From Escherichia coli (GTDB taxonomy: Bacteria > Pseudomonadota > Gammaproteobacteria > Enterobacterales > Enterobacteriaceae): a stretch of DNA of 64,000 bases. Made by a program: the position numbers and the translations under genes. This document shows positions 1 through 10,170 of the stretch, piece by piece. Location of the stretch: the NCBI RefSeq assembly GCF_003334785.1, contig NZ_QOWV01000001.1. One strand, 5' to 3'. Under the pieces are notes generated by a model that made no database searches, was not told the DNA's origin, and worked only from the letters and a program-made list of their open reading frames with translations. Position 1 is the stretch's first letter. Every line of letters starts with the position of its first letter.

Positions 1-1609
1 TACCACTATCCGGGCCTTCGGCATCAATTCCTGTTGAGCCAGCGATACGAAGCTCTGCAAGATTATGTACATCAACCGCACGTTTTAATCGTACAACGCC
101 GGGATCTTGCGGTTCACGTTCGACAACATCGTGCGTTAAGACAGCTGCCTGCTGCCATTCTTGTAACGTTAATGCTGTCCAGGCTTGTTCAACCTCCAGA
201 TTAATATTACGTGGCTCGATCACTTCTGCTTTTTTTAATTCATTTTCTGCTGCACGAGGCCAACCGCGGGCTTGTAACACACTCGCGTAATCAATGCGCA
301 GTCCCTGATTTCCTGGTGCGTTATAAGCAAGCTCTCTGGCTGTCATTTCAGCCTGAGGAAGATCATTACTATATTTTGCTACGGTTGAGAGAAACGAATG
401 CCCCTGTAACCAGGTATCATTCGGGATGCTCGTAGGCGTGCCCATTAACCGAAGGAAAGGCGGCGAAGTATTAATGGTATGTTGGGTGACAGTTAGCGCG
501 CCCGGATAATTTTCACTCTCCAGGTGGCTGTAAAAGAGATCCGCAAGTTCTTCATCGGATAAATCCGGGGCAATGGTCTCCTTGTGATAAAAGAGCTCGG
601 TCATTATTGACTGTGCTTTTTTCGGCTGATGATCTTTGAGATAAGCCGATGCAACCCAATATTGCCCCCAGGGCGGAATAATTTGCCCCGTCTTTTTTAA
701 TCGCTGATAGTGAGAAATAACGTCTTTATAACGATCGCGAGTTAATAACGCGCCAAGATGATCAACCTGAATACGCTGGTACTGGGCAGTGCGGTCTGGG
801 TTATCGTGCCACAGAATTTCTAATGCAGCGTATTGGGCGAGGGCGCGATCGGCAATGGCATAACGTTCACTTTCACTGCGCGTAGGCATAAACGACAGTC
901 TGACCAGTTCGGCATGAATATCAGCGCGAATATCTGGCGTTAAATTGGCATCGTCAATCGCGGCAGCAAGTTGATTATTACGTAATGCCTGCACGTATTC
1001 TGTGGGATATTGTTGCGTAGATGCATTTTCAGGTAATGACTCTGTCATCGCCCGTAATTCATCCTGATGACGCCCCGCCAGTTTATAGATATAGGCTTCT
1101 GCGAGTAAATTGGCTTTGTCCGGTGCTCCAGAGTTAAGCTGCTTAAGTTTAACCAGCGCAGTATCATAGTGACCAGCATCTGCCAGGGTTAAAATTTGTC
1201 CCCGTTGATAATCCTTATTTTGCGGCTCCAGAGAGAGCGCCTTTTGCCACAGTGTAAGCGAGTTTTGCCATTGTTGCAGGTTACGATAAGCGACGGCGAC
1301 AGCTGCATAACCACGCGCTGGTAATTGCTGATGACGGTAGCGGTTGTAAACGGTAATAACCTGTTTATCTTGCCCGGCCCATAAGGCAATCTGTAACCAG
1401 TCAGCAATTTGGTTATTGCTGAGTGCTGATTTTAGTGCAAACCATGACAAAGCTGGCTGAGTATTACCCTTGCGAGCTTCAATAATCAATGCATCATAGG
1501 CGTTATTAACAGCACTCTTCGCCGCGGGACTCGCTGCTAAAAATGCGGCAGTAAGAAGTTTCAAAGCCCATTTGGTTTTCGGGCACCTTTTTCTGCTACT
1601 TGAATACAT
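1..1609 (-). CDS. pgaA: PGA export outer-membrane porin PgaA, N-terminal ~536 codons (gene continues beyond window start)
   Basis: Minus-strand reading from ATG (complement of 1607-1609) gives MYSSSRKRCPKTKWALKLL..., recognised as PgaA N-terminus; no stop before the window edge. Confidence 0.85.
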   Translation of the reverse strand, partial: MYSSSRKRCPKTKWALKLLTAAFLAASPAAKSAVNNAYDALIIEARKGNTQPALSWFALKSALSNNQIADWLQIALWAGQDKQVITVYNRYRHQQLPARGYAAVAVAYRNLQQWQNSLTLWQKALSLEPQNKDYQRGQILTLADAGHYDTALVKLKQLNSGAPDKANLLAEAYIYKLAGRHQDELRAMTESLPENASTQQYPTEYVQALRNNQLAAAIDDANLTPDIRADIHAELVRLSFMPTRSESERYAIADRALAQYAALEILWHDNPDRTAQYQRIQVDHLGALLTRDRYKDVISHYQRLKKTGQIIPPWGQYWVASAYLKDHQPKKAQSIMTELFYHKETIAPDLSDEELADLFYSHLESENYPGALTVTQHTINTSPPFLRLMGTPTSIPNDTWLQGHSFLSTVAKYSNDLPQAEMTARELAYNAPGNQGLRIDYASVLQARGWPRAAENELKKAEVIEPRNINLEVEQAWTALTLQEWQQAAVLTHDVVEREPQDPGVVRLKRAVDVHNLAELRIAGSTGIDAEGPDSG

Positions 1610-1843
1610 CCTGTATTACTCCATGTATTGCCAAAATCTCTCTCTGTATCTAATTACAGGTAACTGAAAAGAAAGATATTTTTGCACCTCATAATCCGTT
1701 ATTAAACGCGGAAGAGAGACGTGAATTGTTGATGATGAGAAGAAGAAATGATGAGCAGAGTGTCCATATAAAATCCTTTTCTCGCCCGAAAATCCATTCC
1801 AATGATGAGGATCTTCAGGAATACGGCATAAATCCCAATGCCT
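1610..1843 (-). promoter_or_regulatory. pgaA 5' leader / divergent pgaA-ycdT promoter region, AT-rich, multiple GGA motifs on the pgaA strand
   Basis: 586-bp AT-rich gap between divergent pgaA and ycdT; several GGA motifs on the minus strand including one at the SD. The pgaA leader is a known CsrA target (established knowledge); exact extent not determinable from sequence. Confidence 0.5.
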
Positions 1844-2195
1844 TTTTCAAAATAAATTAGGATTAAAATAATTAAATCAGTAAATTCCGATGCATGATTT
1901 CGGATTTTTCGAAAGTCCTGATGAAAGGCTGCGCTACGGCACTCACGGATTTAATTGTTATTCCTAATGTATCTATGAATTAATGTTTTATAAGGATTTT
2001 CTATAACCATTTATAAGTATTTTCAAGCCTGGCTTGTTGCAAACAATGTATAAAGCACTTAGGCAATAATAATTACATTCAGCAACTATCATCATCGGTA
2101 TTGTTTGTGGGCGGAATTTCATATTGACAACAGTACAGTTCTTATATCTATTAATAATAGAAAGGGATCTACAACCTACAGATTGGTGTAGCTTT

Positions 2196-3554
2196 ATGGA
2201 AAAAGACTATTTGAGAATGAGTAGTACTGTATTAGTGAGCTTATTGTTTGGGCTTGCTTTGGTTTTGGTGAATAGTTGGTTTAATCAGCCAGGCGTTGAG
2301 GAAGTTGTTCCACGATCAACCTATCTGATGGTAATGATTGCTTTATTTTTTATCGATACTGTTGCATTTATTTTTATGCAGTTGTATTTCATTTATGACC
2401 GTAGGCAATTTTCAAACTGTGTACTTAGTTTGGCTTTTCTGAGTTGTTTGATTTACTTTGTTATAACCGTCATTATCATTCAGCAAATTATTGAGGAGCG
2501 TTTGACAAGCAGTGTTGTCCAAAATGACATTGCAATCTATTATTTGTTTCGTCAGATGAGTTTGTGCATATTAATATTTCTGGCATTGGTGAATAAAGTT
2601 AGTGAAAACACAAAACAGCGCAATTTATTTTCCAAAAAAATGACTTTGTGCATAAGTTTGTTTTTTGTTTTTGGGGGGCCGATAGTTGCTCACATACTTT
2701 CTAGTCATTATGAGAGCTACAATTTACACATTGCCGAGTTAACCAATGAAAATGGTCAGGTGGTTTGGAAAGCCTCATATGTTACCATAATGATTTTCAT
2801 GTGGTTAACCTTGCTTTCGGTTAATCTATACTTTAATGGTTTACGCTATGATATCTGGAATGGAGTGACGGTGATTGCTTTTTGTGCCGTACTGTACAAT
2901 ATCTCTCTGTTATTTATGAGCAGGTATAGCGTGTCCACTTGGTATATTAGTCGCACTATTGAAGTAGTCAGTAAGTTAACCGTTATGGTAATATTTATGT
3001 GCCATATATTCAGTGCGCTACGAGTAACAAAGAACATTGCACATCGCGATCCCTTAACCAATATATTTAACAGAAATTATTTTTTTAATGAACTGACAGT
3101 TCAATCAGCATCAGCCCAAAAAACGCCTTATTGCGTCATGATTATGGATATCGACCACTTCAAAAAAGTCAACGACACCTGGGGGCATCCGGTTGGCGAT
3201 CAGGTGATAAAAACAGTGGTGAATATCATTGGGAAAAGCATACGACCAGATGACCTTTTAGCGCGCGTCGGCGGCGAAGAGTTTGGCGTCTTGCTGACGG
3301 ACATCGATACTGAACGTGCGAAAGCTTTAGCGGAAAGGATTCGGGAAAATGTTGAGCGTTTAACTGGCGATAATCCTGAATACGCTATACCACAAAAAGT
3401 GACGATTAGTATTGGCGCTGTTGTGACTCAGGAAAATGCGTTAAACCCAAATGAGATCTATCGACTGGCTGATAACGCACTTTACGAGGCGAAAGAGACC
3501 GGGCGTAATAAGGTGGTTGTGAGGGATGTGGTGAATTTTTGTGAGTCACCATAA
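2196..3554 (+). CDS. dgcT: Diguanylate cyclase (GGDEF domain, membrane-anchored) YcdT/DgcT
   Basis: ORF 2124..3554 trimmed to ATG at 2196 (MEKDYLRMSS...), 452 aa; N-terminal hydrophobic segments; GGEEF active-site motif (RVGGEEFGV) near the C-terminus. Confidence 0.9.
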   Translation: MEKDYLRMSSTVLVSLLFGLALVLVNSWFNQPGVEEVVPRSTYLMVMIALFFIDTVAFIFMQLYFIYDRRQFSNCVLSLAFLSCLIYFVITVIIIQQIIEERLTSSVVQNDIAIYYLFRQMSLCILIFLALVNKVSENTKQRNLFSKKMTLCISLFFVFGGPIVAHILSSHYESYNLHIAELTNENGQVVWKASYVTIMIFMWLTLLSVNLYFNGLRYDIWNGVTVIAFCAVLYNISLLFMSRYSVSTWYISRTIEVVSKLTVMVIFMCHIFSALRVTKNIAHRDPLTNIFNRNYFFNELTVQSASAQKTPYCVMIMDIDHFKKVNDTWGHPVGDQVIKTVVNIIGKSIRPDDLLARVGGEEFGVLLTDIDTERAKALAERIRENVERLTGDNPEYAIPQKVTISIGAVVTQENALNPNEIYRLADNALYEAKETGRNKVVVRDVVNFCESP

Positions 3555-3594
3555 AGCGGCATTTTGATCCTACCCACGTAATATGGACACAGGC

Positions 3595-4461
3595 CTAAGC
3601 GAGGTTCTTGTTTTCAAATTGTTCCGGACTGAGGCCGCCACACCAACTGTGCCGCCGCCACCGATTGTAATCACATTCGATATAATTAAACACCGTTGCC
3701 CGCATTATTTCCCGGCTGATAAAGTGTTCTCCATGGATACATTCCACTTTCAGCGAATGAAAGAAGCTTTCCACGCAGGCATTATCGTAGCAGCAACCTT
3801 TTGCGCTCATACTTCCACGCAGATTATGCCGCTTCAGTTGCGCCTGATAATCTGCTGAACAGTACTGGCCTCCACGGTCCGTGTGAACGATAACGTTCCG
3901 GGGCCTCTTACGCCGCCACAGCGCCATCTGCAGGGCATCGCAGGCCAGTTGCGCCGTCATGCGTGGCGACATTGACCAGCCAATAACGGCACGTGACCAC
4001 AGGTCAATGACCACTGCCAGATACAGCCAGCCTTCATCTGTACGTAAGTACGTGATGTCTCCTGCCCACTTCTGGTTCGGGCCACTGGCGTAAAAATCCT
4101 GCTCCAACAGATTTTCTGACACAGGCAGGCCGTGTGCGCGGTAGCTGACCGGGCTGAACTTCCGGGAGGCCTTTGCCCTCAGTCCCTGACGGCGCAGGCT
4201 TGCCGCCACGGTTTTTACGTTAAAGGGGTAACCCTGAGCACGCAGTTCATCCGTCAGGCGTGGGGCACCGTAACGCTGTTTTGACCGGGTAAAAGCCGCG
4301 AGGACAACGCTGTCGCAGTGTTGGCGGAACTGCTGACGCGTGCTTATCCTTGTCCGCCGCTGACACCACGTATACCAGCCGCTGCGGGCCACCCGGAGCA
4401 CGCGGCACATTGCTTTGATGCTGAACTCAGCCTGATGTTTTTCAATAAAGACATACTTCAT
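3595..4461 (-). CDS. insF: IS3 transposase OrfB (InsF), DDE integrase-type catalytic domain
   Basis: 288-aa ORF; start overlaps the orfA stop (ATGA); recognised as IS3 OrfB. Confidence 0.9.
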
Positions 4462-4766
4462 TTCAGGCGCTTCGCGAAGTATGTCGCGGCCTTTTGGAGG
4501 ATAGCCAGCTCTTCATCCCGTTCTGCCAGCTGGCGTTTGAGACGTGCAATCTCGGTAGACATCTCCAGTTCACGTTCAGAAGACGTCTGCTGATTTTGCT
4601 GTTTACTGCGCCAGTTGTAGAGTTGTGATTCATACAGGCTGAGTTCACGGGCTGCGGCAGTAACACCGATGCGTTCAGCAAGCTTCAGGGCTTCACTGCG
4701 AAATTCAGGCGAATGCTGTTTACGGGGTTTTTTACTGGTTGATACTGTTTTTGTCATGTGAGTCAC
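4458..4766 (-). CDS. insE: IS3 transposase OrfA (InsE), helix-turn-helix / leucine-zipper
   Basis: 102-aa ORF ([35 protein letters not shown]...); A-AAA-G slippery motif (ccaaaag on minus strand, plus ~4491-4497) near its 3' end, the established IS3 -1 frameshift site. Confidence 0.9.
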
Positions 4767-4822
4767 CTCTGACTGAGAGTTTACTCACTTAGCCGCGTGT
4801 CCACTATTGCTGGGTAAGATCA

Positions 4823-5166
4823 GTGCCTGGCACACGCGTTTGATGGAAGACGGCGTTCAGGCAATGCGCGATTATCTTGCCGGACTGGATATCGCTTCGC
4901 CAGAGCATCAGGTTCTGATGAACGTAACAGCAAAAAGCGAGGTCGCTCCGTCAATTATCAAAGAAAATCTCTCATTACACTTAACTCATACGGTGAAATG
5001 GACTGAATCTCTCGATACATTTCTGAATATGCCAACCCCGGTAGCTTTCCTTGAAATAAGTAATAAGCCCTATTTGGGGAATATGTTAAATGATTTTGCT
5101 GGCGTGGATCAGCAACGAGTTATGCATTGTCGTAAAGCATTTAGTGATGCAAAGGTATTCAAATGA
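4823..5166 (+). pseudogene. ymdE: ymdE remnant: C-terminal fragment of a FabD-like malonyl-CoA:ACP transacylase paralogue, truncated at the IS3 boundary
   Basis: Reading frame begins exactly at the IS3 right end; translation (…VKWTESLDTFLNMPTPVAFLEISNKPYLGNML…) resembles the C-terminus of FabD (…VQWTKSVEYMAAQGVEHLYEVGPGKVL…). No N-terminal part exists between ycdT and IS3. Confidence 0.6.
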
Positions 5167-6149
5167 TTCCTGATTATTTAACTTTTATTCGCTTTCAGGA
5201 TAAACGAAATCTGATATACATTTATGCTATTGGACTTATTCTGATAGGCTTTTATTGGAAGAATGCAGGGTTTACTTTTCCATCAGAGGATATTGGTGTA
5301 GTTAGTGGGATTCTGGCTCTGGTGCTGTATAATTTTATTTTTGATCTCAAGGCGTACTGGGCTTATAAATGCGTCACGAAGAATATCGATTTTTCGTGGT
5401 TTAAGAAAAAGCAGAACCACAAAATAGAATTATTTCTTACACAACCTCTGGTGGCAGGATTTCTGTCGTTAATCATGTTGAGTGCAATGAGTTGGGGGCT
5501 ATACCAGCTTCTACCCTCGTTATATGCGCTGTTCCTGATTTCGTTACTTGGGCCGTTGGTCATCTTTCTGCTGTTTCGGATGATCCGCACCAGTTATGTC
5601 AAGCAGGTCGCTATTTCAGTAGCGAAAAAAGTAAAATATAAAAGTCTGACTCGCTATGTGCTGCTTTCGGTGTGCATCTCAACGGTTGTTAACCTGCTTA
5701 CTATCAGCCCGTTGCGTAACAGTGATTCTTTTGTGACAGAGGGGCAGTGGTTAACGTTTAAATCGATAATTGCATTGCTCATTCTTTGTGGCGTAGTGTT
5801 GGCGATTAATCTGTTTTTTCTGCGCTTCTCCAAGCGGTACGCTTTTCTGGGCAGGCTTTTTTTGCAGGAAATCGATCTGTTTTTCTCCAGTGAAAATGCG
5901 TTGTCGACCTTTTTTGCCAAGCCGCTTTGGCTTCGGTTATTCATATTGCTGGTTATTGAAGTGATGTGGATTACGCTGGTGTCGGTATTGGCAACGCTTG
6001 TAGAATGGCGGATTTGGTTTGAAGCCTATTTTTTACTCTGCTATGTACCGTGCTTAATTTACTATTTTTTCTATTGTCGATTCCTCTGGCATAACGATTT
6101 TATGATGGCATGTGACATGTATTTCCGTTGGGGGCATTTTAATAAGTGA
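5163..6149 (+). CDS. ycdU: Inner membrane protein YcdU (multi-pass, function unknown)
   Basis: 328-aa ORF, highly hydrophobic, AT-rich codon usage; matches recalled YcdU length. Confidence 0.8.
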
Positions 6150-6280
6150 GGAAGTGATAGGAAGTGACCAGATAATACATATATGTTCTGTACTCTCTTG
6201 CGCATTTTGATTGTTGACTGAGTAACCAGACAGTTGATGTGCACGATTTCCCCTCGCCCTAACAGACGTGGGCGGGGGCA

Positions 6281-6903
6281 CCCGGTGTGTGCAATATACG
6301 AAAAAAAAGCCCGTACTTTCGTACGAGCTCTTCTTTAAATATGGCGGTGAGGGGGGGATTGACTCGCTTCGCTCGCCCTGCGGGCAGCCCGCTCACTGCG
6401 TTCACGGTCTGTCCAACTGGCTGTCGCCAGTTGTCGAACCCCGGTCGGGGCTTCTCATCCCCCCGGTGTGTGCAATATACGAAAAAAAAGCCCGTACTTT
6501 CGTACGAGCTCTTCTTTAAATATGGCGGTGAGGGGGGGATTGACTCGCTTCGCTCGCCCTGCGGGCAGCCCGCTCACTGCGTTCACGGTCTGTCCAACTG
6601 GCTGTCGCCAGTTGTCGAACCCCGGTCGGGGCTTCTCATCCCCCCGGTGTGTGCAATATACGAAAAAAAAGCCCGTACTTTCGTACGAGCTCTTCTTTAA
6701 ATATGGCGGTGAGGGGGGGATTGACTCGCTTCGCTCGCCCTGCGGGCAGCCCGCTCACTGCGTTCACGGTCTGTCCAACTGGCTGTCGCCAGTTGTCGAA
6801 CCCCGGTCGGGGCTTCTCATCCCCCCGGTGTGTGCAATATACGAAAAAAAAGCCCGTACTTTCGTACGAGCTCTTCTTTAAATATGGCGGTGAGGGGGGG
6901 ATT
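6281..6903. repeat. Tandem direct repeat array: three perfect 181-bp units (starts 6281, 6462, 6643) plus a fourth partial unit running into the serX 3' end
   Basis: Identical text recurs with 181-bp period; each unit holds a copy of the last 19 nt of serX (plus strand tggcggtgagggggggatt) and the adjacent hairpin plus A/T-run terminator. Confidence 0.95.
6843..6876 (-). terminator. Rho-independent terminator immediately downstream of serX (copied in each repeat unit)
   Basis: On the tRNA strand: short spacer after CCA, hairpin (gctcgtac gaaa gtacgggc), then a run of 8 T. Confidence 0.75.
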
Positions 6904-6972
6904 CGAACCCCCGATACGTTGCCGTATACACACTTTCCAGGCGTGCTCCTTCAGCCACTCGGACACCTCACC
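6885..6972 (-). tRNA. serX: tRNA-Ser (long variable arm, 88 nt, CCA encoded)
   Basis: Reverse complement reads GGTGAGGTGTCCGAGTGGCTGAAGGAGCACGCCTGGAAAGTGTGTATACGGCAACGTATCGGGGGTTCGAATCCCCCCCTCACCGCCA; GGTTCGAATCC T-arm and GGA anticodon loop context. Confidence 0.93.
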
Positions 6973-7166
6973 AAATTGTCGTTCCTGTCTTGCTGGAACG
7001 GGCGCTAATTTAGGGAAATCATGACCTGAGGTCAACAAACTTTTTGAAAAAATCGCGCGTTTATTCAAACTTCAATCAATGTGTGGTTTTAATAAGCGAA
7101 ATCTGCTTTTTTTGCCACCGACCACGGATTTGTTATGCTGGTGGCCTTTGTAGATCATAATGATAA

Positions 7167-8144
<978 letters not shown>

Positions 8145-8198
8145 TAAAGCATCAGGATTCCTGCTATCCTTGGCGGGAATTGAATACAGGAGAGAGTT

Positions 8199-8936
8199 AT
8201 GTATCCCGTCGACCTTCATATGCATACCGTTGCCAGCACACATGCATATAGCACATTAAGTGATTACATTGCCCAGGCCAAACAAAAGGGCATTAAACTT
8301 TTTGCGATCACCGATCATGGCCCGGATATGGAAGATGCGCCGCATCACTGGCACTTCATTAACATGCGTATCTGGCCGCGAGTGGTTGATGGGGTAGGGA
8401 TCCTGCGCGGCATCGAAGCTAACATTAAAAATGTTGATGGTGAAATTGACTGCAGCGGTAAAATGTTTGACTCGCTGGATCTAATTATTGCCGGTTTTCA
8501 TGAGCCGGTTTTTGCGCCACATGACAAAGCGACCAATACACAAGCGATGATCGCCACTATCGCCAGCGGCAATGTGCATATAATAAGCCATCCCGGAAAT
8601 CCCAAATATGAAATAGATGTGAAAGCCGTTGCTGAAGCAGCCGCGAAACATCAGGTGGCGCTGGAAATCAATAATTCCTCATTTTTACACTCACGTAAGG
8701 GCAGTGAAGACAAATGTCGTGAGGTAGCCGCAGCGGTACGTGATGCTGGAGGTTGGGTGGCATTAGGCTCGGATTCTCACACCGCGTTTACCATGGGGGA
8801 ATTTGAAGAGTGTCTTAAAATCCTCGACGCGGTAGATTTTCCGCCAGAGCGCATTTTGAATGTTTCTCCGCGCCGCTTACTGAACTTCCTTGAATCTCGC
8901 GGTATGGCACCGATTGCGGAATTTGCAGACCTTTAA
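8199..8936 (+). CDS. ycdX: PHP-domain metal-dependent phosphatase YcdX
   Basis: 245-aa [17 protein letters not shown]..., His-rich PHP motifs. Confidence 0.92.
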   Translation: MYPVDLHMHTVASTHAYSTLSDYIAQAKQKGIKLFAITDHGPDMEDAPHHWHFINMRIWPRVVDGVGILRGIEANIKNVDGEIDCSGKMFDSLDLIIAGFHEPVFAPHDKATNTQAMIATIASGNVHIISHPGNPKYEIDVKAVAEAAAKHQVALEINNSSFLHSRKGSEDKCREVAAAVRDAGGWVALGSDSHTAFTMGEFEECLKILDAVDFPPERILNVSPRRLLNFLESRGMAPIAEFADL

Positions 8937-8959
8937 TTACTAGTAATGGAAATATATTA

Positions 8960-9514
8960 ATGAACGAGTTTTCTATCCTCTGTCGTGTGCTGGGTTCGCT
9001 CTATTACCGCCAACCACAAGATCCTTTACTGGTGCCGCTGTTTACCCTGATTCGTGAGGGGAAACTGGCTGCGAACTGGCCACTGGAGCAGGATGAGTTG
9101 CTGACACGTTTGCAGAAAAGCTGTGATATGACGCAAGTCTCTGCCGATTACAATGCGTTGTTTATCGGCGATGAATGTGCTGTGCCGCCATATCGTAGCG
9201 CATGGGTTGAGGGCGCGACGGAAGCGGAAGTGCGCGCTTTTCTTTCTGAGCGAGGGATGCCATTAGCGGATACGCCAGCCGATCACATCGGCACATTGCT
9301 GCTCGCAGCTTCCTGGCTGGAAGATCAGTCAACGGAAGATGAGAGCGAAGCACTGGAAACACTGTTCAGTGAGTATCTGTTACCCTGGTGTGGTGCGTTC
9401 CTTGGCAAAGTGGAGGCCCATGCAACCACGCCTTTCTGGCGCACCATGGCACCGCTAACCCGCGATGCCATTAGTGCAATGTGGGACGAGCTGGAAGAAG
9501 ATTCTGAAGAATAA
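8960..9514 (+). CDS. ycdY: Chaperone YcdY (TorD/DmsD-like redox enzyme maturation family)
   Basis: 184-aa ORF directly downstream of ycdX, same strand; matches recalled YcdY. Confidence 0.9.
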   Translation: MNEFSILCRVLGSLYYRQPQDPLLVPLFTLIREGKLAANWPLEQDELLTRLQKSCDMTQVSADYNALFIGDECAVPPYRSAWVEGATEAEVRAFLSERGMPLADTPADHIGTLLLAASWLEDQSTEDESEALETLFSEYLLPWCGAFLGKVEAHATTPFWRTMAPLTRDAISAMWDELEEDSEE

Positions 9515-9615
9515 GTGTGATCTACGTCACTCATAACTGCAACGGATAATTTGTTGTTGCATAAAATGTGTGCTCGATCTCATTCATGGCCGCGTTTTCT
9601 GCTATCATGCGCGGC

Positions 9616-10107
9616 ATGAACATACTTCTCTCTATTGCAATCACAACAGGCATTCTCTCCGGTATCTGGGGATGGGTGGCTGTTTCCCTGGGCTTACTAA
9701 GCTGGGCGGGCTTCCTGGGCTGTACGGCCTACTTTGCCTGCCCGCAAGGTGGGCTGAAAGGGCTGGCGATCTCCGCTGCAACCCTGCTTAGTGGCGTGGT
9801 GTGGGCGATGGTCATTATTTACGGTAGTGCACTGGCACCACATCTGGAAATTCTCGGTTATGTCATAACCGGTATTGTCGCGTTTCTGATGTGTATTCAG
9901 GCCAAACAGCTGCTGCTTTCATTTGTTCCGGGGACGTTTATAGGCGCATGCGCGACGTTTGCCGGGCAGGGTGACTGGAAACTGGTGTTACCTTCGCTGG
10001 CGCTTGGGCTGATATTTGGTTACGCAATGAAAAACAGTGGCCTGTGGCTGGCGGCGCGTAGTGCAAAGACGGCGCACCGTGAGCAGGAAATCAAAAATAA
10101 AGCGTGA
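9616..10107 (+). CDS. ycdZ: Inner membrane protein YcdZ
   Basis: ORF 9568..10107 trimmed to ATG 9616 (MNILLSIAITTGILSG...), 163 aa, hydrophobic. Confidence 0.85.
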   Translation: MNILLSIAITTGILSGIWGWVAVSLGLLSWAGFLGCTAYFACPQGGLKGLAISAATLLSGVVWAMVIIYGSALAPHLEILGYVITGIVAFLMCIQAKQLLLSFVPGTFIGACATFAGQGDWKLVLPSLALGLIFGYAMKNSGLWLAARSAKTAHREQEIKNKA

Positions 10108-10140
10108 GGGGCACTCACGCTTTCGCTTAAACAGTAAAAT

Positions 10141-10167
10141 GCCGGATGATAATTCCGGCTTTTTTAT
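10141..10167. terminator. Hairpin plus T-run between convergent ycdZ and csgG (probable bidirectional terminator)
   Basis: gccggatgataattccggc followed by tttttta on plus; A-rich on the other flank. Confidence 0.6.
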
Positions 10168-10170
10168 CTG

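Larger units (their letters stand above)
3565..4822 (-). mobile_element. IS3 insertion sequence (1258 bp) with imperfect terminal inverted repeats
   Basis: Left end tgatcctacccacgtaatatggacac..., right end ...gtgtccactattgctgggtaagatca are imperfect inverted repeats; two overlapping minus-strand transposase ORFs inside; 1258 bp matches IS3. Confidence 0.9.

Noticed and set aside
2124-2195. Upstream ORF-track start extensions (e.g. ycdT from 2124, ghrA from 7167, ycdZ from 9568, csgB from 13244, csgC from 14185, lpxL to 25965, yceA from 26073, yceJ to 28441, dinI to 30940, yceB to 32795, murJ from 37121)
   Set aside because: The track takes the most upstream ATG/GTG/TTG; the known protein lengths and N-terminal sequences, and in several cases overlap with the preceding gene or terminator, support the internal starts used.
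4807-4822. ATG at 4807 as the start of an intact 119-aa ymdE
   Set aside because: The first 16 nt of this ORF lie inside the IS3 terminal inverted repeat, so the start is fortuitous; the FabD-like similarity covers only a C-terminal domain fragment. Called a pseudogene remnant.
6281-6904. Possible CRISPR array (regular direct repeats)
   Set aside because: Period is 181 bp with whole units identical, so there are no unique spacers; no cas genes nearby; repeats contain a tRNA 3' end and terminator. Not CRISPR.
6287-7024. Four ORF-track ORFs (137, 137, 119 and 64 aa) all beginning MCNIRKKSPYFRTSSSLNMAVRGG…, and an 83-aa minus-strand ORF at 6817..7068
   Set aside because: They are produced by the 181-bp tandem repeat and run through the serX tRNA and its terminator; identical N-termini simply reflect the repeat. 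No independent coding evidence.
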